From: Amoebophrya sp. A120
Lineage: Eukaryota > Protista > Dinoflagellata
Assembly: GCA_905178155.1 (NCBI GenBank)
Contig: CAJINV010000001.1
Coordinates: forward strand, 1,371,363-1,435,362
DNA length: 64,000 nt
Direction: 5' to 3'
The notes under the pieces are model-generated. The model saw nothing but the letters and a program-made list of their open reading frames with translations. It ran no database searches and was not told where the DNA came from. Shown in pieces: positions 1 to 12,951 of the stretch. Every line of letters starts with the position of its first letter. Positions within the stretch are counted from its first letter, which is position 1. The position numbers were made by a program, and so were the translations under genes.

Positions 1-762
1 ATTTTAAGTACAGACATACAATCTTTTACTTTTTTAGCAGGAAAAACAAAACTTGTAAATGAATGCGGACTTGTTCTTACCTTAGGAAGCAATGGATACC
101 TACGTCGTTATCATGCAGAGCTGCAATTAGTACGACGAGTGCGATTTGCTTTTGCAGTGGATGCGTCTCCTGTAGCGGCAATGTCACCGACATCTCCACC
201 CCGTCCTTCGTCGTTCCCCCGTGGAAAATACTGGTCCAGCACAGTTTGAGGCTGCAAGGGCTGGTGGACAATCTGGATGCGTTCGTCCACACGGAGATCG
301 GAAAAAGTAACCTGGACCAGCAAAGCGAGACGCTGGCGTTGTTACTTCCGGAGAGATGGGGCCTGACCGCGTACGATGCCGATCTAGCGCTGCGCACGCG
401 ACGAGTGACCGGGCGCTGGGCCCCTTTTTTGAAAAACCTTTACTGCCCACCTGGTCGGTTGCAAGCGTTCCAAGACCGCGATCGCAATCAGGACTTGTTG
501 CTGGACAAGGCGGAGCAGGTCGAGTGGGGGTGCCCCGTTTCGGCGGACACCAACAAGGATGGGTTTCTGGACGGTATCGAATGGGGGAAGCACTGCGACC
601 GGGAAAACGAAATAAAGGGAAGTGGGCCAGCGAAGGACCACGACGTTGCTGCAACTATACCGGGAAGTTCTATTGCTTCACAGGCTACACCAAATACCAC
701 TGCTACACGCGGGAGCCGTCGTGATTATGATGTGAACTACGACGAGAACACCGACAGCGGTT

Positions 763-1082
763 TATCCTGAAGAAAAACATGCCCACCCCATAGGTGTCAT
801 GCAAATCCGCAAGCCTAAAATCAAATGTCTCTCATGATGATGATCATGATGATGATGCGCAGCCCCATGACAGCCATTTGCTATCTAATGCTACCGCGGA
901 GTTTCTTGTAATGCTGGAATCAGGATAAGATAGTCAATTTGTCTTCATGCTTTTGCACTAGCTAAACTAACTATTAGACTACAAGCCCAAGCTTGTCATG
1001 TTCGGCAGCTGAAACTTGGAGATTTGTATTGCAGATTTGCCAGCAACTTGACTATAGGGTGGGGACGTTGTTGCTCAGGATA
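763..1082. mobile_element. Introner F2 (TIR TATCCTGAGTAAAAACGTCCCCAC-type)
   Basis: TIRs; DR cggtt/cggcc; frame restored. Confidence 0.8.
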
Positions 1083-1133
1083 CGGCCTGCTGGACGCCAT
1101 CACTCGATTCGCGTTTGGGTTGGACGACAGTTT

Positions 1134-1408
1134 TATGCATTGCAAATATGTCTGGGTCTAAAAGGATGCGAACTTGTGATGCACGTTGCGGCGGGATTAT
1201 ACAAAAATCTGTGTTGCGTGACTTGCAAAAGGTGCTCACTTCTGGTCATGCTGAGAGGGCATCTCTCATGCAGAACTGGCATCACAAAGGGGCTGCAGAT
1301 CCTGTGACGCTAAGCCCTGCATTCCAAACGAAACTTGGCGGGGCCGCTTGGAAAAACTGCATGACAAATCTCAGAGTCTTCCAGACCCAGACATATTTGC
1401 ACTGGATA
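1134..1408. mobile_element. Introner F1 (TIR TAT..TGCAAAWATGTCTGGGTCTGGAA-type)
   Basis: TIRs; DR agttt; frame restored. Confidence 0.85.
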
Positions 1409-1495
1409 AGTTTCCACGGGAAGCTGGCCGACTTTCTCCCACGGTCGAGCGATGCTAGTAGTCTGACCGGTAAAAATTTGCGAATGATGATCCGC

Positions 1496-1662
1496 TATGC
1501 ATTGCAAAAGTATAATCGCACTAGCATACAATGCATTACGAATAATTGGCTTCGCATTGTTGATTTACAAAAAATATACATTTGTCGTGTGGATTCGCCT
1601 TAAAAAGGAAAATTGTATAAAAGCACTGAATTAGTACGAGTGCGATGCTTTTGCACTGAATA
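1496..1662. mobile_element. Introner F3 (TIR TAT..TGCAAAAGTATCGYACTCGTA-type)
   Basis: TIRs; DR tccgc/tctgc. Confidence 0.8.
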
Positions 1663-1844
1663 TCTGCGACATTTCCGTGCGAGGCAACAACCAAGACGCC
1701 CTGCGGAGCCTGCGGTGGCAGGGTGGATTTTTACGGCGGCACTTCCTGCGTGAGTACCAAATAACACCCCACGGCATGCGGATCGCGCTTCAAATGTGGG
1801 ACCGTACGCGGTCGTGCTCGTGGCGCAGCTTTCTGGTCCTCTAC

Positions 1845-2179
1845 TATCAGAAGGGAAGATGATCCCCCCTCCCCATATCAAAAGGAAGTTTCTGATGCTG
1901 GATTTGCGTACACAAATCAGATTTGTCTTGCAGAAAGTGCTTGGCGGGATTTTCTTGGCCGTTTTGCGTATGCAGAAGGCTAGCAATTACGCATGGCAAT
2001 AAACAGATTTCATCTTCTTGTAGTAGTCGAAAGCGCGCGACAGACTGGCTGTCGAATGCGCCACATGGCTCCTATGATTACTTACCCTATAGGCAAGACA
2101 AACATGATCTGTGGCCACAAATCAGCATCAGAAGTTTCCACTTTAACATGGGGACGAGGGGGGATTTTTCATGTTGATG
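1845..2179. mobile_element. Introner F4 (TIR TATC..GGAAAAATCCCCCTCCCCATAT-type)
   Basis: TIRs; DR tctac. Confidence 0.8.
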
Positions 2180-2257
2180 TCTACGCAACGGGCCTGCTCC
2201 CAGCGTTCGAGCTCCTGGACGCCAACGGGAACCTCCTTCTGGACAAGGCAGAGATCG

Positions 2258-2584
2258 TATGACGACTGTGCACAACTCCCCCTCCCCCGCGTGTGTCATC
2301 CAAAATACAAAATCCACCCTCTGCCTGTTGGCACTTCCTCGCCCACCCCCCGGGGAGGGGATCCTTGACCTGTGGCGCTGGCTGCGGGTGTCCACTACAT
2401 GATGATGATGGCACTTTTGGCAGCCCAAACAGCACGTACTATCCTGGGCGAATTTGTCATGCAAATAAGTAGTAGCCCCGCATTGATTCTTTTTCTACTT
2501 GCCGAAGTTTGTATTGCTGTTTGTCGTGATGTGATACATGATCCGAGAGGGAACACGAGGGGGGGAGGTACTTACACTCTGATA
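2258..2584. mobile_element. Introner F5 (TIR TATGAG..GTGCACAACTCCCCCTCCCC-type)
   Basis: Degenerate TIRs; DR gatcg/gatgg. Confidence 0.7.
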
Positions 2585-2774
2585 GATGGAGGCGAGGAGC
2601 GGATCCGGATCCCCCTGCCAGAACTTGCTGCGGGCAGAAGTTTTCCGCAGCGGCCAGGCAGATGCGCTGGATTGGCTCGAGTACTTACCACTTCGGAAGC
2701 CGCGCCTTCGCGCACAACGACGACTCGACAACGGAAGACGACCACCTCCTGGCGCCCCCGGAGTGGCACGCGAG

Positions 2775-2837
2775 CACGTATCTGGAAACGCGGCCTGATC
2801 CCGAGTCGAGTGATTACAACGTCGAACAAGGAGGTCA
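2775..2837 (+). repeat. Site B copy 1 (core GAGTCGAGTGATTACAACGTCGA)
   Basis: Other copies at 4439-4511, 7805-7907, 10036-10110 and 15725-15838. Confidence 0.9.
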
Positions 2838-4438
2838 TGTGGTACAACAACGACAAGCTGAAACTGCACACGTACAAGTAGATGCGAAACGAGAAGAGGC
2901 TGTTCCTGTTGAAGAAGACTTGACACCTGCCACCAGTTTTTTGCTGACCACCTTTTCCTCCACTGGAGCGGCGACGGTGGAGGAAGCTCCTGGAGGACCA
3001 TCTTCAGCTGCCCAGAACGAGAAGAAGAACGACAGCATCTTCACGGAGGACGTCATCTCCGCCTCGTCGACTAGAGCATCCCCTCACGAAACTTCTACAT
3101 CGAGAACAATAACGAACGTGGACGGCGCTACTTCTCGCAGCACGCGCACATCAAAGAAATCGAACTTGCGAGGTAGCGCGAGGCAAGCTCAAACTGCCGT
3201 GACTGGCACCAGCAGAGTTGCGTTCCTGGAAGATGCTGCGACACGACCAAGAACGGAGCAAGATGAGAAAATGAACAAACGAGATGAACGAGAAAGATCA
3301 CGTCAAGAGCAAGAGCACGTCAAGAATGAAAATCAGTTAGTACAACCAGTGGAAAACAAGAAGAAGTTCAACTTGCGAGGCGGTGCGAAGAAAGCGTTGT
3401 CCACAGGTGGTGGAACAACAACGACAAAAATACCGGGGTCACAACAAGAGCAGGAGGACTTTCTGGACGAGGATCTGGACGAAGACGGCCTCGACCACGA
3501 CCAGGGCCTCCAGGGGGAGGATTCAGTCGAGACTGGGTCCGAGGAGGATGAACAAGCGGAAGAAGCAGTAGAACGACCAGGGGAAGAACTAGAAGAAGAA
3601 GAACCTGAACCACCACTACACGACAACGACGACCAGTCGCAAGAAGATAATGACGCAGAATCCACTGGGGAATCTGAATCCGATGTTGCTGCGCAGGATG
3701 TTCTACTTGATGCAGGACGACGGGCAGGAACAGTAGCTCCAGGACTTCGAGATCAGCGTTCTCCACCAGTTGTGGACGACGTTGGAACTAGAACTTCTAC
3801 GACATCAACAAACAAAGAAGATCTCTCCTTCGCCGCAGGCGAAGATGTTGATCCAGGCCGAGGTGAGAGGACAATGCATCATCAAATAAGTGGTGCAACT
3901 GCAACACGAGATGCTGCAACACGAGGTGCTGCAGCACAAGGAGGTGCAACACCAGCAAAAGCAGACCCGAAAAATCTTCCACGACGGAAGAAGTCGAACT
4001 TGCGCGGAGCTGCAGGAGCTGCAGTTGATGAAAGCCGGCTCGTGGTGTTGACCAATTCGACCCCTTCTGCTACAGTATCTTCACCCACCACACCACACGA
4101 GCACGACCGCTCTCACGGCCCCGGCGCTGGGGTTTTTTCTGTCTCTACTGCAGATGTTGGCCCCGCCTTCGCAGGACAAGGAACAACGCAGAAGCGTGAA
4201 GTGAAAGTAACCAGCACGACGCAGATGAAGGGAGCAAGGAACGACAGAAGAAAAGAAATAGTTGTGGCCCCTGTTGAACAAGATCAAGAAGAAGAGCAGC
4301 AAGATGAGAACGGGAGTGTCGGAGATGAAGCTCAGCAACCACCAGAACCTTCCTGGACCGTCAACCACTTCTACCTATTATCCCAGAGAAAAAAGCTGGC
4401 AGGTCATATTTGTAATGCAAAAATAAATACATAGATAG
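2838..4438 (+). other. Captured coding fragment (acidic, low complexity, repeated KKxNLRG) ending in a truncated F12 introner
   Basis: Part of ORF 2662-4434. 4379-4434 matches only the left end of the element at 40648 and is then cut by site B copy 2. Confidence 0.6.
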
Positions 4439-5556
4439 ACGTATCTGGAAACGCGGCCTGATCCCGAGTCGAGTGATTACAACGTCGAGCAAGGAGGTCA
4501 ACATCATGCTGAAAAGGGAAATCACGACTATGCCCGAGTTTCCGAAAGAAATGAGGGATGACTACGTGGAGGAAGAGAGCCAAGATTTTTGTTTTGAGGA
4601 TCAGGAAGACGGGGGAGGTGTAATTCTTGGCGACAGTATTCTTGCAAGCACTTCCAGCAGCATCGCAGGCGATACTAGCATGATCACCGGTGAAGAGCTA
4701 AATACAACAGGCCAGCAGGCCGAAGCGCACCAGGCCAGAGCCACAACCGACACAACCATGACTACAGATAGTACTAAACCCGTTCGAGATAATGATAAGA
4801 TCAAACTCTTCCCGCAACCAAACTCCAAGTACTCTCACTCGCAACGACTCCGGCAGAACCGAAGAGCAGCGAACAATATGCATTCAGCAAAAGCATCGTA
4901 ATCGTACTTCTAATTACAGATATGCGTGACAAACCTCCTCCTTGTACCTGAAACAGCAACACAAATCATATTTGCCACGCTAAGCAGGAGCTACTACTTT
5001 GTATTTCAATTACCACTAGAAGTGCGATGCTTCTCCACTGCATAAACAAACGCCCCGACGCCTACGAGTCCTTTGAATTGAAGGAGAAGCTTTACTACCC
5101 CATGTAGATCTGCAGAAAACCAAATCTGCATGAATTGAAGGAGAAGTCGATCTGCAGAAAACCAAATCTGAGAAGGAACGAGACGACTGGCGAGAGGCTA
5201 TTGAGAAATGGCGGAATGTTGGTAGTGCAACTACTTGCGCCGGCGAGGACGAGGAGAAGAAAAATCAAAACCAAAAGCCTCCCACGTTACCACTCCATTT
5301 GACTGCCGTTACCGCCGGAAATAGTAGTACTGCAGCTGCGAAGATGTTGGGGACACCAAAGCAGGGAGGTGGTCTGATGTTGCAAGAGTCGACGTACAAC
5401 ACGTACTGGAGCAATAATGATTTCAACCAAAATTTCTATCCTGGTAACAACTTGTCCTCAGCAACTGCAGTGTCGTCTTCCTGTGCGGACGAGGGCGATC
5501 ATGACCTAGACCCAGACGAGCAATATGAGGAGGCCATGCGACTGATGGGCCACGCA
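4439..5556 (+). repeat. Segment duplicated at 10038-11155
   Basis: Identical sequence and ORFs at offset 5599. Confidence 0.95.
4877..5044. mobile_element. Introner F3 (copies at 5703-5870 and 10476-10643)
   Basis: TIRs; DR aacaa. Confidence 0.75.
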
Positions 5557-5557
5557 N

Positions 5558-6386
5558 AGGCCAGAGCCACAACCGACACAACCATGACTACAGATAGTAC
5601 TAAACCCGTTCGAGATAATGATAAGATCAAACTCTTCCCGCAACCAAACTCCAAGTACTCTCACTCGCAACGACTCCGGCAGAACCGAAGAGCAGCGAAC
5701 AATATGCATTCAGCAAAAGCATCGTAATCGTACTTCTAATTACAGATATGCGTGACAAACCTCCTCCTTGTACCTGAAACAGCAACACAAATCATATTTG
5801 CCACGCTAAGCAGGAGCTACTACTTTGTATTTCAATTACCACTAGAAGTGCGATGCTTCTCCACTGCATAAACAAACGCCCCGACGCCTACGAGTCCTTT
5901 GAATTGAAGGAGAAGCTTTACTACCCCATGTAGATCTGCAGAAAACCAAATCTGCATGAATTGAAGGAGAAGTCGATCTGCAGAAAACCAAATCTGAGAA
6001 GGAACGAGACGACTGGCGAGAGGCTATTGAGAAATGGCGGAATGTTGGTAGTGCAACTACTTGCGCCGGCGAGGACGAGGAGAAGAAAAATCAAAACCAA
6101 AAGCCTCCCACGTTACCACTCCATTTGACTGCCGTTACCGCCGGAAATAGTAGTACTGCAGCTGCGAAGATGTTGGGGACACCAAAGCAGGGAGGTGGTC
6201 TGATGTTGCAAGAGTCGACGTACAACACGTACTGGAGCAATAATGATTTCAACCAAAATTTCTATCCTGGTAACAACTTGTCCTCAGCAACTGCAGTGAG
6301 TGTCGTCTTCCTGTGCGGACGAGGGCGATCATGACCTAGACCCAGACGAGCAATATGAGGAGGCCATGCGACTGATGGGCCACGCA
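5558..6386 (+). repeat. Tandem copy of 4732-5556 adjoining an N; likely assembly overlap
   Basis: Offset 826. The N at 5557 sits exactly where the 10038-11155 copy ends. Confidence 0.8.
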
Positions 6387-8008
6387 CCGCTGCCGCCTGA
6401 CGTTGCGCCGCATGTTCTGATCAACAACAATTCATCTGCTTCTACTGCGACCACTGAAGATGCTGTTGAGAGTAGTGTCATGGCATTTGCAAGACCACCA
6501 GCACAGGAAGGAACACTCCCGGGAGCTGCATTCAGCACGACGACTTCAGGATCGATGACTAGAGTGAACGCTCTTTCGAGCAGTCCGGCGGTTGACGCAA
6601 ATTTTATCGCGCCGTCCCCGTTGGCGCAACCAGGTGTGGCCCGCTCCGCCAACAATCAAGAGTACTACCACCAGGCTGCGATTTCTGCGTTTGAAAGGGG
6701 ATATCAACAGGCAGCAGAGTATGAAATGAGAACTACACAGCAAATTTAGCCGCGTATATTGTACTTCTGCACGACCTTGACGTATATCAACTGGTCTCGA
6801 TAAACTACAGGGATTCCCTTTAGCCTCAACACAACTTGCATGCTTGTTCAGTTCTGTGGGGAAGTCTTTATAAGTAAACAATTCACGTGCTCTGCATTTG
6901 TTCATGCGTCGTGTTGCACAAGCTGATGTACGGTGGCAGATTTGTATTGCATAAACAGCAGGCGATGATGCTCGCGGCTGGACAAAACAAGGACGGACAA
7001 AATATAAACCAGCAGCAAAATGCATCAACTTTCGTCAACGCAGCATCTTCTTCCGGACCTTCCTCTTCTTCCCCGGGTCTTGCAATCATGAATCAGCAGC
7101 AATTGTATTGCGGCGCTAGTAGCACTACTTCTAACTACGGCACGTCCGCGTACCCCACCAGCATGAACAACAAGAACGGCGGAGCATCTTCTAGCGGAGA
7201 AAGCTTTGCGTACGCGGGCGAACAAATAAACCATGGTGCCGGACGACTATCAGGAGCAGAAGCAGTGCACGAAAAAACTCAAGGCAATATTAGCACGACC
7301 TCTTCGCCCAGTAATAGCGACTGGATGATGTATAGTGCAGGGTTATACAGCTGCAATGGTTTCAGTGTTCAGGAGAACCGAAAGCCTGCGTGCTGCTTTG
7401 CAGCATTGTGTTCCGATTTACGTGTAAACTGTAAACTTACTACGACCACACAAATCTCCAAGTTTTGGTTGCTGTGAATGACAAGTTTCCCTCTGCAGTA
7501 CACTTTTGGTTGGCAAGGGAAGCCGCATGAGAAAGCCATTTATTTGTCATTCTGTTTACAGCATTACAAATTCCAAAACACGATTGGCAATGCCTCTCGT
7601 GGAGCTGCGCATTACAACAAATCGATTCCTGTCATTGCGCATGTGCATGACAACTCTGGGCAGGTGGGGACGTTTTTACCCAGGATATATCGGGGAGCAA
7701 CATTCAACCGAGGCCGAGGCCTCCATCAACGATCACCCGCTCTTGGTTTTCAAGCAGCCACTGAAAAAAGTCCATGTCATATCCAAGAAAAAAAAACATT
7801 GTAGGAGTCGAGTGATTACAACGTCGAGCAAGGTGGAGGTCATGGTCAACATCATGCTGCTGGTGATCACCACCACCAACAAGGTCGAGCGAGCACGAGT
7901 ACTGGTCTTCAACCGCGATTACACAACCCCGCCGACACAGCGCCGCGCAGGGACCACACGAGGAATAGCGGTACTGGTCTTGTACCGCGCCTCTGGACCG
8001 AGACGCGC

Positions 8009-9267
8009 ATGGCTGCGCGCACCAGCGAGGACCACCTAAAAGCCGAATTTGGAGATTTCTACATCATGCAGCTGGCTGACTTACTGGAAAAGGGTGGCGA
8101 ATGTGTGGCACGGTCCGCAGCGGGAGCCGTGATGAAGCTCGGCTTGGGGGGCTTGGACGCGAATATTGTCACTGCCTACGCGCTATGCATTGCAAATATG
8201 TCTGGGTCTGGAAGGGTCCCAACTTGTCATGTTGTCTTTAGATTCTAAAAAAAATTGTATAGCATGATGAAGAGCAAGAGGAAGAGGACTCCAGCTGTTG
8301 CCATACGGACGAGACGGCATTTCTCATGCGGAATAGGCATCAGGAAGCCGTCAAAAAACCTGTGATGCTAGGGCATGCATCACAGACATCATGGGTCAGG
8401 CAAAATGTGCAAGACAAACGCTCCACTCTTCCAGACCCAGACGTATTTGCAGTTGATACGCGCGAATAATTGGGGCAGAATTGGGCTTAACGGCGACAGA
8501 GGCTTTCGTCAAAGTCTTCTGGGGCTTGCTCTGTGCCAAAATGCACCGCCATGAGTGTCTCAAACACCTAAACAATTTGCACCACGACCACAAGAAGCCC
8601 CTAATGGACGTGCTCAAAAAACTGCTGAAGGGCGAGAAGCTGACCGACGAAGACACGAAGAAACTCGACCACGTTCACAAGACTGCGCTCCAGGACGCGG
8701 CTTTGTCATCCATTGGCGGACTCGTCGCAAAAGAAATCGTTGAGGCGGAGGGTCTATCAAATGCAAAAATGTGTGGGTCTGGAAGAATGCAAGTTTGTTA
8801 TGCTTGTCTGGCATGACTCGAGAATCAATCTGCGTTGCCTAGGAACGAAAAGGCCCTCTTACCTGTCATACAAAAACGCAGTTTTGCCATTCGGAATGCG
8901 TATAGACATGGCAGCCAAGAAATTTGTAATGCATAGCTGCGTATTGCAGTGCGTCAGTCATTCACTCTTAGCATTACAAGTTTCCAGACCCAGACATATT
9001 TGCAATCCATAGGATCTGGCAGAGGAAACGTATAAATTACTAGTGAAATTCGTACACCACATGGTCGGGGACGGGGAGCATAAGCATTCCTTCCTGCAGC
9101 ACATGGTGCACGAGAACAAACACACGCACATGGGGGAAACATTTCAAATGTTTAAGCTATTCATGCACAGCACTACCGTCGAGAAGTTCGTCGAGACAGC
9201 TCTGAAGAAGATGAAAGACGCCATGGCTTTTTGCTGTACTGGACGCGGCCGCAGGTCCACCAGCTAA
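8009..9267 (+). CDS. Hypothetical His-rich helical protein (3' part or complete small gene) with 2 introners
   Basis: ORFs 8009, 8481 and 9043 join in frame after removing 8184-8458 and 8755-9011. Confidence 0.55.
8184..8458. mobile_element. Introner F1
   Basis: TIRs; DR cgcgc. Confidence 0.9.
8755..9011. mobile_element. Introner F1
   Basis: TIRs; DR gggtc/ggatc. Confidence 0.85.
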
Positions 9268-11154
9268 GGCACGTTATTACAGCACACGAGGTACATCAGA
9301 TAATTTTCATTTAGGCCTCGATTTAGGGTGTGAAAAACAAGAAGACCTAGTACAGTAGTACTAGTTTACTAGAAGAAGTCTTTGTGGTGCAGGTAGTACT
9401 TCTCATGATGATCAGCGATGCTTGGAGCACCCTGCGACAAGATCGAAGCTCACACTCTTACTGGAAGACAAATTTTACTACTTACAGTTTTTGTTTCCAC
9501 GCATTCATCTAGTACTAGGCTTCATCTCCTATCATTCGCATTTTTACTCTCCCTCACTCGTATTTGGATTTCAACTCATTTGTCATTTCGCTTACTAGGC
9601 TTAGAAATAGAATTGAGCGCAGCAAGACGCGTAGACAGCTAGATCATTCATTTCATCTCAAAAAGTTCTCAGGTACCCAGACAAGAGCGCCGGCCGATAG
9701 CAGTCTTTGTTTCAAAACTTTCAAAATTTTCTTTTCCAATTCCGAAAATTCAAAGTCGCAAAAATTCCTGATGCTAAACTAGATAGAGCAGATGACTCAA
9801 GATCAGCAGCAAGGATCAACAAAACTTGCTTGGCTTTCAGCTTGCGAAGATGAATCGGAAGCGCCTAGAATCTTAGGGATTTAGGGCTTTGGAAATTCTT
9901 GCAGTCGATGAAAGCAGGCAAAAGGGCAGCGATAGCGACAGCAAAGCAACCGCAAAAATAGCGAAAGGCTTCGAACTGTTTGGATCAGCTAGGTGAAGCG
10001 CATGGCTAGCGTGCAAAGCCCCAGGGCTTAGGCCTGCACGTATCTGGAAACGCGGCCTGATCCCGAGTCGAGTGATTACAACGTCGAGCAAGGAGGTCAA
10101 CATCATGCTGAAAAGGGAAATCACGACTATGCCCGAGTTTCCGAAAGAAATGAGGGATGACTACGTGGAGGAAGAGAGCCAAGATTTTTGTTTTGAGGAT
10201 CAGGAAGACGGGGGAGGTGTAATTCTTGGCGACAGTATTCTTGCAAGCACTTCCAGCAGCATCGCAGGCGATACTAGCATGATCACCGGTGAAGAGCTAA
10301 ATACAACAGGCCAGCAGGCCGAAGCGCACCAGGCCAGAGCCACAACCGACACAACCATGACTACAGATAGTACTAAACCCGTTCGAGATAATGATAAGAT
10401 CAAACTCTTCCCGCAACCAAACTCCAAGTACTCTCACTCGCAACGACTCCGGCAGAACCGAAGAGCAGCGAACAATATGCATTCAGCAAAAGCATCGTAA
10501 TCGTACTTCTAATTACAGATATGCGTGACAAACCTCCTCCTTGTACCTGAAACAGCAACACAAATCATATTTGCCACGCTAAGCAGGAGCTACTACTTTG
10601 TATTTCAATTACCACTAGAAGTGCGATGCTTCTCCACTGCATAAACAAACGCCCCGACGCCTACGAGTCCTTTGAATTGAAGGAGAAGCTTTACTACCCC
10701 ATGTAGATCTGCAGAAAACCAAATCTGCATGAATTGAAGGAGAAGTCGATCTGCAGAAAACCAAATCTGAGAAGGAACGAGACGACTGGCGAGAGGCTAT
10801 TGAGAAATGGCGGAATGTTGGTAGTGCAACTACTTGCGCCGGCGAGGACGAGGAGAAGAAAAATCAAAACCAAAAGCCTCCCACGTTACCACTCCATTTG
10901 ACTGCCGTTACCGCCGGAAATAGTAGTACTGCAGCTGCGAAGATGTTGGGGACACCAAAGCAGGGAGGTGGTCTGATGTTGCAAGAGTCGACGTACAACA
11001 CGTACTGGAGCAATAATGATTTCAACCAAAATTTCTATCCTGGTAACAACTTGTCCTCAGCAACTGCAGTGTCGTCTTCCTGTGCGGACGAGGGCGATCA
11101 TGACCTAGACCCAGACGAGCAATATGAGGAGGCCATGCGACTGATGGGCCACGC

Positions 11155-12300
11155 AAGTCTTTGTGGTGCAGGTAGTACTTCTCCCATCATCACACCCATA
11201 CGGTGTTTGTTTGTTTGTAGTTGAAGGTCATGTGGAACCGTTTGGAAATTTGTGTTTCCCCTCACATGATTAGCGCTATTTCAAGAAAAAGGACAACTTG
11301 GCAGAGCTGCTTTGGCCTCTGCCTCAGAAAAAGGAGCTGTTGCTTGGAGCGAGAGCTTAACTTGATAACCTGCTGTAAAACTGAAAAAGTTAGAAGTGTC
11401 GAAAGCTAAAAGTCTGTTGCTGCAAGTAAAAAGTTGCTGTTGAAAAGTTAAAAAGTGCGTCGTAAGTCAAAAACGAGTTTTTCAGAAAAGTTGACTCCGA
11501 GGAAAGAAAGCCTTAATCTACAGTCTTTTTGTTGTCAAAAGCTACCTGGTTTTCTAAAAGTTGCTGCCTGTCCGAAAAAGTTAAAACGTCTGCTTGGGTT
11601 GTTTAAAAAAGTGATCCGCTACCTTGTAGGAACTGTTTTTTTTTTTGTGTGTTTCTGTACTTTTTGTTGCTTTCCACCTCTTGCTTTTCTTACGCTGCAG
11701 TGCCTCGCGGGCCTGTCTTACGCTTACTAGCTTTCCTGAAGTTGAAAGTGAGTTTTTACTGCTTGCTGAAAAAAAAAAAAATTTGAAACGTGAGTTTTTA
11801 CTGCTTGCCGAAAAAGAAGAGCTGACTTCTATTGGGCTTCGACGTAGCACTGTACTGCTTTGCGACCTTTGCGCGCCTCCAGGATAACCTCTATCACCCC
11901 GCGCGGTAGCCAGTCCATCGGTGTGCTTGGTGGCTGTCCACCTCGTCAGACCACCGGTGTGCCAAAGGGGTCAATCCGCCTGAAAATCACTACTGCCCGC
12001 GGCCCGATCAGGGTTGCCGGCCCTGAACGACTATGCGGCCGGGTGTAGATCCCTGTCCTTTCTCGGTAGATACTCCTTTTGGTGGTGGCGTCGTGCAGGT
12101 GGGTTAGGTATGTGGCTGCGTGCTTGCTCGCCGCGCCAGGGGGTATTTTTTCCGTCCTCCCCTTTTTGGTGTCGTTGCCTGATATCACCACGTCCTTAGC
12201 CCTAGTCAGGTTGCCGACCCGACTAGACTATGTCGGCAAGGCGTAGGTCACTCGTCGTAGGCTTTGTAGTTGGAAGGCTGGTTTTTTGCGCCCCCTGTGG
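11155..12300 (+). repeat. Segment duplicated at 17436-18581
   Basis: Identical at offset 6281. The second copy is truncated at a TGTGG microhomology with site A. Confidence 0.95.
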
Positions 12301-12951
12301 CGCGCGGGCTTTCTGTGGCGTGGTGTTTTCGTGCCTGGCCGCTACGCAGCGTAGTAGCTGCCGGGGTCGCTCGCCCACCATAGGTGGCGGACTGCGGGGA
12401 AGGATCCGATCAACGGCGCCAGTAGTGTGTTGGCCTCCAGTAGCGCGCTGGCCGTTTGGTTGGGCTTTAGTTTACAGTCGTCGGTCGTTTCGACCCCCCA
12501 CCACCTCAAAAACACGCTCGTAACCGGGCACGTCTCTACCACGTGCTTGGTTGCCGTTTTCCCACCGTTGCAGAGGACACAACTGAAGTCTTTGTGGTGC
12601 AGGTAGTACTTCTCCCATCATCACACCCATACTTAGACGTTTTGCGAGCTCGAGCTGTGGATGTCCGAAATCGACGTTTTGACTTACGAGGTGGGGCCAG
12701 AGGGCGACAACCCCATCTACCAAGCTTCGTCTGCTGGAAGCTGATCGTTTGTCTTCAGAACTCTCTCTTAACTAGCTTATTCAAACCGCCATTTTTGACA
12801 TAACCAAATAGCTAACACAAAAATAAATACATTCGCATTCGAGAATTGAAAAGTATTTTCTTACCTGAAAATCAAAATAATTTTTTGTTCAGCTCCTGCA
12901 AAATTTTGAAAATTTGAATTTTGTGATTGTGATGGTGTTTTTTTCTTCGAT

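Larger units (their letters stand above)
172..2837 (+). pseudogene. EF-hand protein gene fragment interrupted by 5 introners
   Basis: Splicing out 763-1082, 1134-1408, 1496-1662, 1845-2179 and 2258-2584 (each plus one DR) gives a continuous frame with EF-hand-like loops DRNQDLLLDKAE, DTNKDGFLDGIEW and DANGNLLLDKAEI. There is an apparent frameshift near 2685, and the fragment ends in site B. Confidence 0.6.

Noticed and set aside
4732-6386. 826-bp tandem duplication as a biological event
   Set aside because: The junction is an N located exactly at a repeat boundary, so an unmerged contig overlap is likely.
9873-9886. TTAGGGATTTAGGG as a telomere
   Set aside because: Only two imperfect units, too short to call.
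11155-11207. Site A as a spliced-leader RNA gene
   Set aside because: It has an AG|GT but does not match the dinoflagellate leader CCGTAGCCATTTTGGCTCAAG, and it aligns to an alveolin intron.
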